A stretch of DNA of 64,000 nt from Candidatus Aenigmatarchaeota archaeon (GTDB lineage: Archaea; Aenigmatarchaeota; Aenigmatarchaeia; GW2011-AR5), in the NCBI GenBank assembly GCA_016184005.1, contig JACPDL010000003.1, forward strand, positions 17,839-81,838. The letters are read 5' to 3'. The notes under the pieces were generated by a model, which made no database searches, was not told the DNA's origin, and saw only the letters and a list, made by a program, of their open reading frames with translations. The position numbers and the translations under genes are program-made. Below are positions 46,990-56,237 of the stretch, in pieces (the stretch's first letter is position 1; every line of letters starts with the position of its first letter).

Positions 46990-48069
46990 ATGCTCAAAGT
47001 GGTGAAGAATTTCTCCGTGTCCTACATGCAGGTTCTTGACGAGAACGGAAAGATAGACGCGAAGCTGATGCCGCAACTCAGCAACGAGGACATACAGAAG
47101 ATGTATGAAGCAATGGTTCTTGGCAGAATGTTTGACGAGACCATGCTGAAGCTGCAGCGCGAAGGGCGGATAGGCACTTACGCACCTGCCATCGGACAGG
47201 AAGCAACCCAGACAGGCTTCGCATATGCAATGCAGCCAAGCGACTGGTTCTTCCCGATGTACAGGGATGTCTCATCTTACATCTTTCGTGGCATGCCTCT
47301 TGAAAACCTTGTGCTCTATTGGTCAGGCGACGGAAGGGGAATGCACATCCCAGAAGGGCAGAATAATTTCCCTGTTGCAATCCCTGTAAGCACCCAGATA
47401 GCACATGCCGTGGGCGCAGCTATGGCTGCAAAGATACTGGGCCATAAGATTGCTACGTTGGTTTGCACAGGCGACGGCGGCACATCAAAAGCAGACTTCC
47501 ACGAGGCATTGAATTTTGCAGGAGTATTCAGGGCGCCTGTAGTTGCAATCGTCCAGAACAACCAGTACGCCATTTCAATGCGGCGGGAAAAACAAACAGC
47601 AGCTGAAACAATCGCGCAGAAAGCAATAGCTTACGGCTTCGAAGGCATTCAGGTTGACGGCAACGATGTCTTTGCGGTCTACAGGGCAGCAAAGGATGCA
47701 CTGGAAAAAGCACGCGCAGGCTCAGGACCTACACTCATTGAATGCGTAACATACAGGATAGCTGACCACACAACAGCCGACGATGCAGCGCGTTACAGGA
47801 CACAGGAAGAGATTGGTGAATGGATGAAAAAAGACCCCATAGAAAGATTGCGCAAGTACATGGAATCCAGGGCTTTGTGGAGCCAGTATTATGAGAAACG
47901 CGTACGCTTCAAGTTCGAGGAACAGATAAACGATGCTATAAAGAAAGCGGAGAACATGCCGAAGGCTGAGATAGATGATATCTTCAAGCACATGTACCAG
48001 GAAATGACGGAAAATCTTAAGGAGCAGCTTGAAGAACTGAAGAGCTTCCTCAATGCGAAGAAGTTATAG
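46990..48069 (+). CDS. pdhA: Pyruvate/2-oxoacid dehydrogenase E1 alpha
   Basis: GQEA, GDGGTS...NNQYAIS TPP motif, YR..HTTADD. Confidence 0.95.
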   Translation: MLKVVKNFSVSYMQVLDENGKIDAKLMPQLSNEDIQKMYEAMVLGRMFDETMLKLQREGRIGTYAPAIGQEATQTGFAYAMQPSDWFFPMYRDVSSYIFRGMPLENLVLYWSGDGRGMHIPEGQNNFPVAIPVSTQIAHAVGAAMAAKILGHKIATLVCTGDGGTSKADFHEALNFAGVFRAPVVAIVQNNQYAISMRREKQTAAETIAQKAIAYGFEGIQVDGNDVFAVYRAAKDALEKARAGSGPTLIECVTYRIADHTTADDAARYRTQEEIGEWMKKDPIERLRKYMESRALWSQYYEKRVRFKFEEQINDAIKKAENMPKAEIDDIFKHMYQEMTENLKEQLEELKSFLNAKKL

Positions 48070-48076
48070 AAAAATA

Positions 48077-48149
48077 AGAGAAGGTTTTTGATATTTCTTT
48101 TGGGGAATACAAAGACCTTTTCTTTAGGAAAGAAAAGGGATTTGTTATG
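48077..48149 (+). repeat. Repeat family E copy 2: hairpin leader ending at the pdhB ATG
   Basis: acaaa-GA-ccttttcttt-AGG-aaagaaaagg-GA-tttgt t ATG. Confidence 0.85.
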
Positions 48150-49112
48150 ACTGTAATGAACATGGTGCAGGCAATCAACAGCGCGCTTACGCAGGAAATG
48201 GAAGCCGACGGAACAGTTGTTGTTCTAGGTGAAGATGTCGGCATTGACGGCGGCGTTTTTCGCGTGACAGACGGATTGCTGAAAAAGTTCCCGAACAGGG
48301 TTATTGATACGCCGCTTGCAGAGCTTGCTATTGCAGGCACTACAGTAGGCATGGCTGTTTATGGCTTGAAGCCGGTTGCAGAGATACAGTTTGACGGTTT
48401 CAGCCCTCCTATACTGGATCAAATAATATGCCATGCAGGCCGCATCCGATGGAGAACGGGTGGCAGGTATCATGCGCCGCTTGTAATACGGATCCCTTAT
48501 GGCGGCGGCATCAAAGCATTGGAACACCACTCTGATTCGCCGGAAGCTTATTTTGTACATACGCCCGGAATAAAGGTTGTCATACCTTCAACCCCTTATG
48601 AGGCAAAGGGCCTGCTCGCTTCAAGCATCCGCGATCCGGATCCAGTCATATTCCTCGAGCCTAAGAGAATTTACCGCGCAATAAAGGAAGATGTTCCGGA
48701 TGAGCCCTACACCATACCGTTGGGTGAGGCAAAAATAGTGCGCGAAGGCGAAGATGTTACTCTGGTTTCTTACGGCGCTATGACGCGCACATGCAAGCAA
48801 GTAATGGAAAAATCCAAGCACAGCATAGAAATCATTGATGTGCGAACGCTTTCACCGCTGGATACTAAGACAATCATCGAGTCCGTGAAAAAAACAGGCC
48901 GCGCGGTGATCGTGCATGAAGCACCCAGATCATGCGGCTTCGGCGCCGAGCTTGCCGCCGTGATCAATGACAGAGACCTGCTGCACCTGAAAGCACCCGT
49001 GACGCGCGTCACGGGTTTCGACACAGTAATGCCTCTGCCGAAGCTTGAGGAATACTACATACCCAGCGCAGAGCGCATAGAAGCAGGGATCGAGAAGGTC
49101 ATGGAGTTCTGA
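48147..49112 (+). CDS. pdhB: Pyruvate/2-oxoacid dehydrogenase E1 beta
   Basis: GEDVG..GGVF, DTPLAE, EIQF, FLEPK. Confidence 0.95.
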   Translation: MTVMNMVQAINSALTQEMEADGTVVVLGEDVGIDGGVFRVTDGLLKKFPNRVIDTPLAELAIAGTTVGMAVYGLKPVAEIQFDGFSPPILDQIICHAGRIRWRTGGRYHAPLVIRIPYGGGIKALEHHSDSPEAYFVHTPGIKVVIPSTPYEAKGLLASSIRDPDPVIFLEPKRIYRAIKEDVPDEPYTIPLGEAKIVREGEDVTLVSYGAMTRTCKQVMEKSKHSIEIIDVRTLSPLDTKTIIESVKKTGRAVIVHEAPRSCGFGAELAAVINDRDLLHLKAPVTRVTGFDTVMPLPKLEEYYIPSAERIEAGIEKVMEF

Positions 49113-49120
49113 TGTAATTG

Positions 49121-49381
49121 CTAAATAGAATTCAGATATTGTCTTATTTCTCCAAGTCTCCAAGATAGTAGTGAAATATGAATACCGTAGTGTTTTCTTT
49201 TTGTACTGATAAAACCTTTCCTAATCAATTCATCTAAGGCGTTCTTCACAATCTTTTTGTCATTGGATGGGACATGTCTTATCAGGTTTTCATACGTGGT
49301 TTGCTTATTGCCGATATAACGATGTGCAAGAAGGTAGTCAATTATAAAACGCTCTGCTTCTTTCTGTGTAAATTTTTGCAT
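49121..49381 (-). CDS. Small winged-helix-like protein
   Basis: 86 aa; IGNKQT...LDELIRKGFI. Confidence 0.6.
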   Translation of the reverse strand: MQKFTQKEAERFIIDYLLAHRYIGNKQTTYENLIRHVPSNDKKIVKNALDELIRKGFISTKRKHYGIHISLLSWRLGEIRQYLNSI

Positions 49382-49441
49382 TATTTAGTTAAATAATGTT
49401 AACTTTAAATATCCGTATTGCCAATTATATTGTTGATTAAA

Positions 49442-49807
49442 ATGGGCTTGGTTCACATATTCGGAGAAAAACCTGTACCGAAGGTTCTGGATTTCTTTAG
49501 GGTTCATTCTTACTGGGATTATTCACTTAAAGATCTGTCGAAAGCTACAAAGATAAGCCACAGAACTTTGCAGCAGATAATCCCGCAACTTGTTAAGCAT
49601 GGTTTTCTGAAATACACAAGAACAGAAGGAAAAGCGAAAATGTTTATTTTTAATAAAGAATCAAAAATAGCCAAAGAACTGCACGAATTTGCTCGAACAA
49701 TAGATTTTGAGTTTTTATCTACAGACCATAAAAAAAAGCAGCACTCGCCTGAGATTGCCTTTGATCTTGGGAGAAGCGAAGCTTCTCAGAGATTCCAAAA
49801 AGCGTAG
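49442..49807 (+). CDS. HTH protein whose stop codon is supplied by a palindromic insert
   Basis: KVLDFF...DYS...LSKAT.IS..TL; last 13 codons lie in the D element. Confidence 0.75.
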   Translation: MGLVHIFGEKPVPKVLDFFRVHSYWDYSLKDLSKATKISHRTLQQIIPQLVKHGFLKYTRTEGKAKMFIFNKESKIAKELHEFARTIDFEFLSTDHKKKQHSPEIAFDLGRSEASQRFQKA

Positions 49808-49818
49808 CTTTTTGAGAA
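49765..49818 (-). mobile_element. Family D 54-nt twin-hairpin unit
   Basis: Reverse homologue of 24664-24717. Confidence 0.88.
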
Positions 49819-49999
49819 TTTTGAAGATATACAGATTAAGCAGCGGAAAATACATTAGCCAGTTTCATTGCTTTTTTTCTTTGTAGTTAACTTCCTTGAG
49901 GAAATTGTCTATGGGGTTTTTCATTTCAATTTGAATGAAACCTTTTTATCATTGATTTGTGAAACAAACTAATTGTAACGAACAAGTAAATCAAGAAAT

Positions 50000-50929
50000 T
50001 TATTTTCTTGATGTCTGCCTTTGGTAAATTCTTTCCAGCACCTCAGGCTGCAGGAAAAAGTCCCCCGCTTCTGTAGGTGATAACCTGCCCGGTTTTAGCC
50101 TATACTTATCAACGCCTCCGGTTATAGGGGCTTCTATGTAATCTCGCAACGTACCTTCCAATCTCAAGTAATGTGGTATTGCTTGGCGAATCTGCTCTTC
50201 TGGATTTTCGCTTGGTGTTCCGCTATTTTCTATCCATATCGAAGGCACACCCACGCCCAATAACCAATCATGAATCTCGATAAACGCGTTGTAAATAACC
50301 CCTTCTTTGCTAAGACTCATTTGTCCAGCTGTGCCCACACCAATTTTCTGGCGATAAGCCCTTCTAAGAGGAATTTGTTCAAGCGAGCAAGTTACAATAA
50401 TTTGCAGGTTTGGATACCAAATTCCCATATGTTCATTCAATCTACGTATAGCTTCCCATCTATAAGGGCTGTCTTCACAACCCTTTGCTGGACAGGATTG
50501 ATATGCCCAGCCTGTAACCTGCCATCTGTCCAGGATTACGTCTTGTTTTTGGACAGCCTTTATGAGTTTCTCATTTACTATTGTCCTGCCAGCGGCAAAC
50601 ATGTAAGCAAGTGCTGCCTGCCTGTCCTTTTCAAGATCGGGCCCGTCCATGTCAAGCCGTTCAACGTAATCACGCGCGTTCTTGATAGCATCAAGGTACT
50701 GGGGATATTCCTCTTCAAGTTTATCCAAACCTTCAAAACACAGCATTCCAGATCTGTACATCTCATTTAATTTTGCGGTTGCTGGCCGCAAAGGGTCAAA
50801 AGTATTTTCTCTAATCACAACAGCATTCTCGCTTCTTTCGTAAAGCATCTGCACAAAAGTGCTTTTCCCTGCAAGTGATAAGCCATCAAAAGCTAAAATC
50901 GCATGGTCCTGATCAACTTCAGTTGACAT
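50000..50929 (-). CDS. Thymidylate-kinase-like P-loop protein (long, divergent)
   Basis: FDGLSLAGKST, F.AGR, VILDRW...AYQ. Confidence 0.7.
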   Translation of the reverse strand: MSTEVDQDHAILAFDGLSLAGKSTFVQMLYERSENAVVIRENTFDPLRPATAKLNEMYRSGMLCFEGLDKLEEEYPQYLDAIKNARDYVERLDMDGPDLEKDRQAALAYMFAAGRTIVNEKLIKAVQKQDVILDRWQVTGWAYQSCPAKGCEDSPYRWEAIRRLNEHMGIWYPNLQIIVTCSLEQIPLRRAYRQKIGVGTAGQMSLSKEGVIYNAFIEIHDWLLGVGVPSIWIENSGTPSENPEEQIRQAIPHYLRLEGTLRDYIEAPITGGVDKYRLKPGRLSPTEAGDFFLQPEVLERIYQRQTSRK

Positions 50930-50982
50930 GAACATATCAAAACTGTCAAACTTTATAAGTTTGATTCTGCAATTTAATCGTA

Positions 50983-52284
50983 ATGCCATACGAATTCAGG
51001 TTTCCCGATGTTGGCGAGGGCATAACAGAAGGTGAGATAGTAAAATGGCGCGTGAAGGAAGGAGATACTGTTAAGGAACATGATGTCATCGCCGAGATAG
51101 AAACAGACAAGGCAATAGTCCAGATACCTTCGCCAAAGAGCGGCAAAATAGCAAAACTCCATCATCGTGAAGGCGATACCATTCACGTAGGAGAAACGCT
51201 CGCGACTATCGCTGAAGAGAATGAGCAGCTTATTTCTTCCACGGAAAAATCCATTGAAATGCCGAAACAGCAGAAAGGTGTCGCTGTTGTCGGCCAGCTT
51301 GAAGAAGCAGCAGATATAGAGCCTGCTGTGAAACAGCCCACGGCTAAGCCAGCCGTAAATGCAGCAAAGCAGGTTACCGGCAAGATGGCTGAAGTGCTGC
51401 CGGCTGTAAGGAGGCTTGCAAGAGAGCTTAATGCCGACATTTCAAGCGTAAAAGGAACAGGGAAAGACGGACGAATAACAGAGGAAGACGTCAGGCAGTC
51501 TTCTCAAGCAGCAGAAAAAAAAAGCGAAGAAGTACAAGAACAGTCTCTTGTCAGGATAGAAAGAAAATACGATATGTACGGTTATGTTGAGCGTGTGCCG
51601 TTGAAAGGCATCAGAAAAGCAACAGCGAAGAACATGGTGAAGTCCATGTTCACAGCGCCGCATGTGACACACATGGATGAAGCTGACGTCACAGAACTTT
51701 CAGCAATTCGCGAAAAAGAAAAGGCAAAAGCTGAAAAGAGCGGCATAAAACTGACTTTCCTGCCGTTCGTCGTGAAGGCAGCTGTCGCTGCGCTGAAGGC
51801 GCATCCATACATGAACGCAAGCATGGATGATGAGCATGGCGAAATAATACTGAAAAGCTACTACAATATCGGCATAGCTATTGACACTACAGACGGCCTG
51901 ATAGTTCCTGTCATCAAGGAAGCAAGCGAAAAAACAATCCTGGAGATAGCAAAAGAAATACAAAAATTTTCTGAAGCCGCTAAGGACAGGAAAATAGATC
52001 TTGCTGACATGAAAGGAGGCACGTTTACCATAACAAACGTCGGCTCTGTGGGCGGTCTGCATGCAACGCCAATAATAAACTGGCCCGAGGCGGCAATAAT
52101 TGCGACTGGACGCATATACGACAAGGCTGTCGTAGCCGGTAAAAAAATTGTTGCAAGAAAGATGATGCCTCTTTCCGTTTCATTTGATCACCGCATAGTC
52201 GATGGCGTAGAAGCAGCCAGGTTCACAAACACGCTGAAAGAGCACTTGGAAGATCCTGAATTGCTGTTGATTGAGGGACGATAA
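50983..52284 (+). CDS. pdhC: Dihydrolipoamide acyltransferase E2
   Basis: ETDKA lipoyl site, GTG..GRI, FDHRIVDG. Confidence 0.95.
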   Translation: MPYEFRFPDVGEGITEGEIVKWRVKEGDTVKEHDVIAEIETDKAIVQIPSPKSGKIAKLHHREGDTIHVGETLATIAEENEQLISSTEKSIEMPKQQKGVAVVGQLEEAADIEPAVKQPTAKPAVNAAKQVTGKMAEVLPAVRRLARELNADISSVKGTGKDGRITEEDVRQSSQAAEKKSEEVQEQSLVRIERKYDMYGYVERVPLKGIRKATAKNMVKSMFTAPHVTHMDEADVTELSAIREKEKAKAEKSGIKLTFLPFVVKAAVAALKAHPYMNASMDDEHGEIILKSYYNIGIAIDTTDGLIVPVIKEASEKTILEIAKEIQKFSEAAKDRKIDLADMKGGTFTITNVGSVGGLHATPIINWPEAAIIATGRIYDKAVVAGKKIVARKMMPLSVSFDHRIVDGVEAARFTNTLKEHLEDPELLLIEGR

Positions 52285-52330
52285 TAAGTCGAGAACCTAG
52301 GTTCTCTTCCTTATCAACCTTCTCTCCTAA
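52285..52330 (-). repeat. Repeat family A, empty allele directly after the pdhC stop
   Basis: Identical to 28412-28456. Confidence 0.9.
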
Positions 52331-52390
52331 ATAAATTTATTACAACAAAAATATAGGTTGAGAACCAAATAAAATATTAGAGAATTTGAT

Positions 52391-53284
52391 ATGTTCGATT
52401 ACGAGTATTGGGGAAACGAAATCCTGCCGGCAAAGACGAACATGATGCTGGAAGAATTCATGCTCAGAAGGTCGTCTTTGTATCCTGTTGCATGTGCACG
52501 CTTTTTCAGCGTGTCCCGCGACGCCGTGGTGCTTGGTTATGCACAGGACACCGATGCATTGAAGAAAAGAGATGCCAGCTTTGATGTTGTCCGCCGGCTT
52601 ACTGGCGGGTCTCATGTGCAGCTGGGGCAAAACATACTTGCTTATTCGTTTTCAGTGCCGCGCGACGGAAGCTTCAAAAATTATGAAGGCATGCGTGCTT
52701 ACTATGCGCAGCACGTAGCCGATGCCTTTGAGGATCTCGGCATAGAAAATATCACCGTTGACAACAAGGCGTCAACCATAAACGTGGACGGCAGGGTTGT
52801 TGCCAGCCATGCAGTCATATGGGGTGTTGAAAGCGCACTCCTTCATGGACTGATTATAGTCTCACCTTACGACATGGAAAAACTCTCTGGAAGAGTATTC
52901 CTTGGGCAAAGAAAGATAGGCGGGAAATGTTATACAGAGCAGGCTGCCATCAAGAACATGCCGGCTCTTTCCAAGTTCCTTGATGAAAGAAGAAGAAAGA
53001 TCGCAAACGATCTCATTGCAAATGCCATACTTGCGAGGGTAACGAAAGGAAAACATAGGAAAATGAGATTTGACAAAAAAACGCTCGAGGGTTGCCAGAC
53101 TATTGAAAACAAACATGCAAGCGAAAGATGGGTTGCTGAAAGAAGGCCGCCCTTTGAAGAAGATCAAATAGAAGAAATACCAGGCGAGCAGCTTGATGGC
53201 AGATTGAAGAAGAACATGGGTTATTGCATGTACCTGCAGGTTAAAGACAAGCACTTCAAGAAAATGAGCGAGCCAAAAGAATAG
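52391..53284 (+). CDS. Lipoate-protein ligase/lipoyltransferase family protein
   Basis: NM.LEE, VVLG..Q, VRRLTGG, LLHG; next to E2. Confidence 0.82.
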   Translation: MFDYEYWGNEILPAKTNMMLEEFMLRRSSLYPVACARFFSVSRDAVVLGYAQDTDALKKRDASFDVVRRLTGGSHVQLGQNILAYSFSVPRDGSFKNYEGMRAYYAQHVADAFEDLGIENITVDNKASTINVDGRVVASHAVIWGVESALLHGLIIVSPYDMEKLSGRVFLGQRKIGGKCYTEQAAIKNMPALSKFLDERRRKIANDLIANAILARVTKGKHRKMRFDKKTLEGCQTIENKHASERWVAERRPPFEEDQIEEIPGEQLDGRLKKNMGYCMYLQVKDKHFKKMSEPKE

Positions 53285-53323
53285 GCGCAATGTGTTTTTA
53301 AGGTTTGAGTTTATCCTATTTTC

Positions 53324-53596
53324 ATGAAAATGTTCTATCTACAGGAAACACCTTTCGGTGAATTTTTCTACGATCCAGAATCACATCAAGGAGTTGCTAT
53401 TACTGAGGTCGGACCTATGATTATGTGTATGGCTCAAGATTACAATCCTGCAACCTTTCCAAAGCATAAGGAATGTGAAGTCCCTGATGACACTTTTTTT
53501 GATCTTGTAGATGCCGTATCGAGATATACTTCTGGAGAGCGCGATATTCGAGGTATTTTAAGCCGCTTTCCAAGAACTGACCATTCTTCCAGATGA
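53324..53596 (+). CDS. Hypothetical protein (ORFan)
   Basis: 90-aa ORF with TTTTAA upstream. Confidence 0.55.
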   Translation: MKMFYLQETPFGEFFYDPESHQGVAITEVGPMIMCMAQDYNPATFPKHKECEVPDDTFFDLVDAVSRYTSGERDIRGILSRFPRTDHSSR

Positions 53597-53618
53597 ACTA
53601 ATATCTCATGACCTGATT

Positions 53619-53726
53619 CTAATCAAACAAGTGGCTGTTGCCGCAATTCTCGCATTCGTCAGGCTTTTCCTCGTAGGTGCGCATGCAGTAATGGCAGTGA
53701 TAATGTTTTTTCTTTATACTTTTCAT
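53619..53726 (-). CDS. Small Zn-ribbon protein, 35 aa (MKSIKKKHYHCHYCMRTYEEKPDECENCGNSHLFD)
   Basis: CxxC-x10-CxxCG; AGGT upstream. Confidence 0.65.
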   Translation of the reverse strand: MKSIKKKHYHCHYCMRTYEEKPDECENCGNSHLFD

Positions 53727-53738
53727 ATTATTACCTAC

Positions 53739-53894
53739 TAGGAAAGAGGTGTAGAGAGGAGATCTGCAAAGAACATAGTTCTTCTTGCAGAAACCTTTGG
53801 TTTCTGAAGACTCAGGAAAGCTTTGCTTTCCTCGAGTTGAGACCTCAGAGAACTTTTAGTTCTCTGCAGAAAACCCTAGGTTTTCTCCTTCTTA
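53739..53894 (+). mobile_element. Three-level nest: A-like hairpin > 54-nt unit > 54-nt unit
   Basis: Removing 53783-53836 and then the rest of 53763-53870 restores a perfect hairpin at each step. Confidence 0.82.
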
Positions 53895-54914
53895 GGTTAT
53901 GCAGACTTTTGGAGGATTCTTGATGAATTCCTCAAGCAGTTTTATCGCATTCTCGACATCTTTCATGCTGGCCATTCCGATTGTCGAGTGTATATTCCGC
54001 ACGGCAATTCCTACCACTGTAGCCGGAACGCCTTCGCGCGAAAGCGATATGCTCAGTGCGTCTGTGGTGCCTTTATCGCCTACATCGTACTGGATTGGTA
54101 TGTTTTTCTGTTTTGCTATGTCTGTCAGCCAGTCATTCATGCACCTGTTTGTTATCATGCCCGAATCTTTCAGCGTTATGCATGGTCCCTTGCCAAGTAC
54201 GTTCGATTGAATCTTGACCCCTTTATCCTCCGCGTTAGTTACGTCAACTGCAACGGCAAGGTCAGGCTTTATCTTGTATGTGGAAGTTTTTGCGCCGTAA
54301 AGCCCTATCTCCTCTTGGACTGTGAAGACATAGTAAGTATCGCTTTCAGTCTTCTTTGACAGTTTTGCAAGCTCCATGAGCACGTAGCAGCCGATCCTGT
54401 CATCCAGCGCCCGCCCATAAACAACGTTGTTGTCAGCAAACATCCCTATTTCCTGCTGCAGCGAAATAAATGAGCCTACCTTGACATCCTTCTTCAGCAG
54501 TTCCTCTTTGCTTAAACCCGTGTCTATGTACATATCAAGGCTTCTTGGCATGCTGTCAGTCATGTCGCCGTTGCTTATCTCTGCTGTAGTTATGACGCCG
54601 TATACAGGTTCTTTGCCCGCCTTGATTTTAACCCTCTGGCCGATCAGCGTCAGGGATTCTATACCGCCTACCCGGGAAAATATTATGGCGCCGTCAGAGT
54701 CTATGCCTTTTACCATAAGCCCTATCTCATCCATGTGGGCCGTGAGCATAACCCGAGGCGTGTCGCCCTTCTTGTGTGCTATAAGATTTCCTATGCTGTC
54801 CACAGTCACTTCGTCGACATGCTTCCTTATTTCCTTCATTATAAGGTCGCGTACCTCTGACTCATCACCGCTTATGCCGTCCGTTTCCATCAGCCTTTTC
54901 ATCATCTCAAACAT
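53892..54914 (-). CDS. M42 family aminopeptidase
   Basis: AHMDEIG, ALDDRIG, VQEEIGL.GA, GTTDA, NIHS. Confidence 0.93.
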   Translation of the reverse strand: MFEMMKRLMETDGISGDESEVRDLIMKEIRKHVDEVTVDSIGNLIAHKKGDTPRVMLTAHMDEIGLMVKGIDSDGAIIFSRVGGIESLTLIGQRVKIKAGKEPVYGVITTAEISNGDMTDSMPRSLDMYIDTGLSKEELLKKDVKVGSFISLQQEIGMFADNNVVYGRALDDRIGCYVLMELAKLSKKTESDTYYVFTVQEEIGLYGAKTSTYKIKPDLAVAVDVTNAEDKGVKIQSNVLGKGPCITLKDSGMITNRCMNDWLTDIAKQKNIPIQYDVGDKGTTDALSISLSREGVPATVVGIAVRNIHSTIGMASMKDVENAIKLLEEFIKNPPKVCIT

Positions 54915-54919
54915 CCAAA

Positions 54920-56233
54920 TCACCGTCTATTTAATTCTTTTATCGAGTCCTCTATTATATCTATGCCATTGTCCGCCTGTTGCCGCGTGAGTGTCAGGGG
55001 CGGGCATATTCTTATCACACTCATGCCAGCTGGCAACAATATGAGTCCTTTTTCGCTTGCCTTGCAGAGCACCTCTTTTCTTTCTTCAACTGCAGGCATG
55101 CGGGATTTCTTGTTTTTGACCAACTCCACACCTATCATCAATCCTAAGCCACGAACGTCGCCTACTATTTCATATTTGTCCTTGAGTTCATTCAGCCTCT
55201 TGAGCATATGTTTTCCAATCTTTTGCGCATTTTGTCCCAACTTTTTTTCTCGCATGAATTTCAGCGTTGCTATGCCTGCTGCGCATGCCAATAAATTGCC
55301 GCCAAATGTATTTGCGTGTGAGCCGGGAGCCCAGTCCATGACTTTTCTGCCTGCAACAGTTGCGCCAAGCGGAACTCCTCCGCCGATTGCTTTGCTCAGA
55401 GAAACTACATCCGGCACAACACCAAAGTTCTCTATTGCCAGGAACCTTCCTGTCCTGAAACAGCCTGACTGGACTTCGTCGTCGCAAAGAAGCACTCCGT
55501 ATTCATTGCATAGTTTTCTCACGCCTTTGACGAACGATCTTGGCGGCACGATATAGCCGCCTTCGCCCTGCACAGGCTCGAGGAATATAGCCGCCACATC
55601 GCCCCTTTTCAATCGAATGGCTCTTTCGAGTTCAGTCAGGCAGTAAGAGCTGCAGTCTTCCGGTTCCATCTTCATGCGGTAATGATATGGAAAAGGCGCA
55701 TGCTTGACAGGCAGGAAGGGTGAATATCTGCCGCGCTGAACCGGCTTGGATTTTGTCAGAGAAAGAGAGCCCATTGTTCTTCCGTGGAAAGCATTCTCGA
55801 AGGCGATGACCCATTTCCTCTGACTATGCCATCTTGCAAGCTTGTACGCCGCTTCTATGCTTTCTGTGCCTGAATTAGACAGGAAAACGGTATCAAGCTG
55901 CTTGTGCATGAAAGTCAACAGGAATTCTGAAAACTCCAACGGAAGTTCGGCATAGAAATCAGAAAAAGCAGCATGTATCCCGAGCTTTATCTGCTTGTGG
56001 AGTGCCTTCTCTATCACTGGATTCGTATGGCCTATGCCAGCCACAGCCACCCCAGCAGCAAAATCTAGGTAGCGACGACCGTCAACATCATAGACATAGC
56101 AGCCTCTGGCGCGCTTGAAGACAAACGAGTATTCCCTTGTCAGCGAAGGCGATATTATTTTATGGTCGCGTTCGATTATTCGTATCGATTTCTTTCCTGG
56201 TTTCCTGCAGATGAATTGTATTTTTCCCATCAT
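54920..56233 (-). CDS. Class III PLP aminotransferase
   Basis: NSGTES, FHGRT, EPVQGEGG, DEVQSG..RTG, TFGGN. Confidence 0.93.
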   Translation of the reverse strand: MMGKIQFICRKPGKKSIRIIERDHKIISPSLTREYSFVFKRARGCYVYDVDGRRYLDFAAGVAVAGIGHTNPVIEKALHKQIKLGIHAAFSDFYAELPLEFSEFLLTFMHKQLDTVFLSNSGTESIEAAYKLARWHSQRKWVIAFENAFHGRTMGSLSLTKSKPVQRGRYSPFLPVKHAPFPYHYRMKMEPEDCSSYCLTELERAIRLKRGDVAAIFLEPVQGEGGYIVPPRSFVKGVRKLCNEYGVLLCDDEVQSGCFRTGRFLAIENFGVVPDVVSLSKAIGGGVPLGATVAGRKVMDWAPGSHANTFGGNLLACAAGIATLKFMREKKLGQNAQKIGKHMLKRLNELKDKYEIVGDVRGLGLMIGVELVKNKKSRMPAVEERKEVLCKASEKGLILLPAGMSVIRICPPLTLTRQQADNGIDIIEDSIKELNRR

Positions 56234-56237
56234 AAGA

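Noticed and set aside
49805-49807. Pyrrolysine or readthrough recoding of the TAG in the hairpin
   Set aside because: No pyl genes or other in-frame ambers seen; a loop mutation is simpler.
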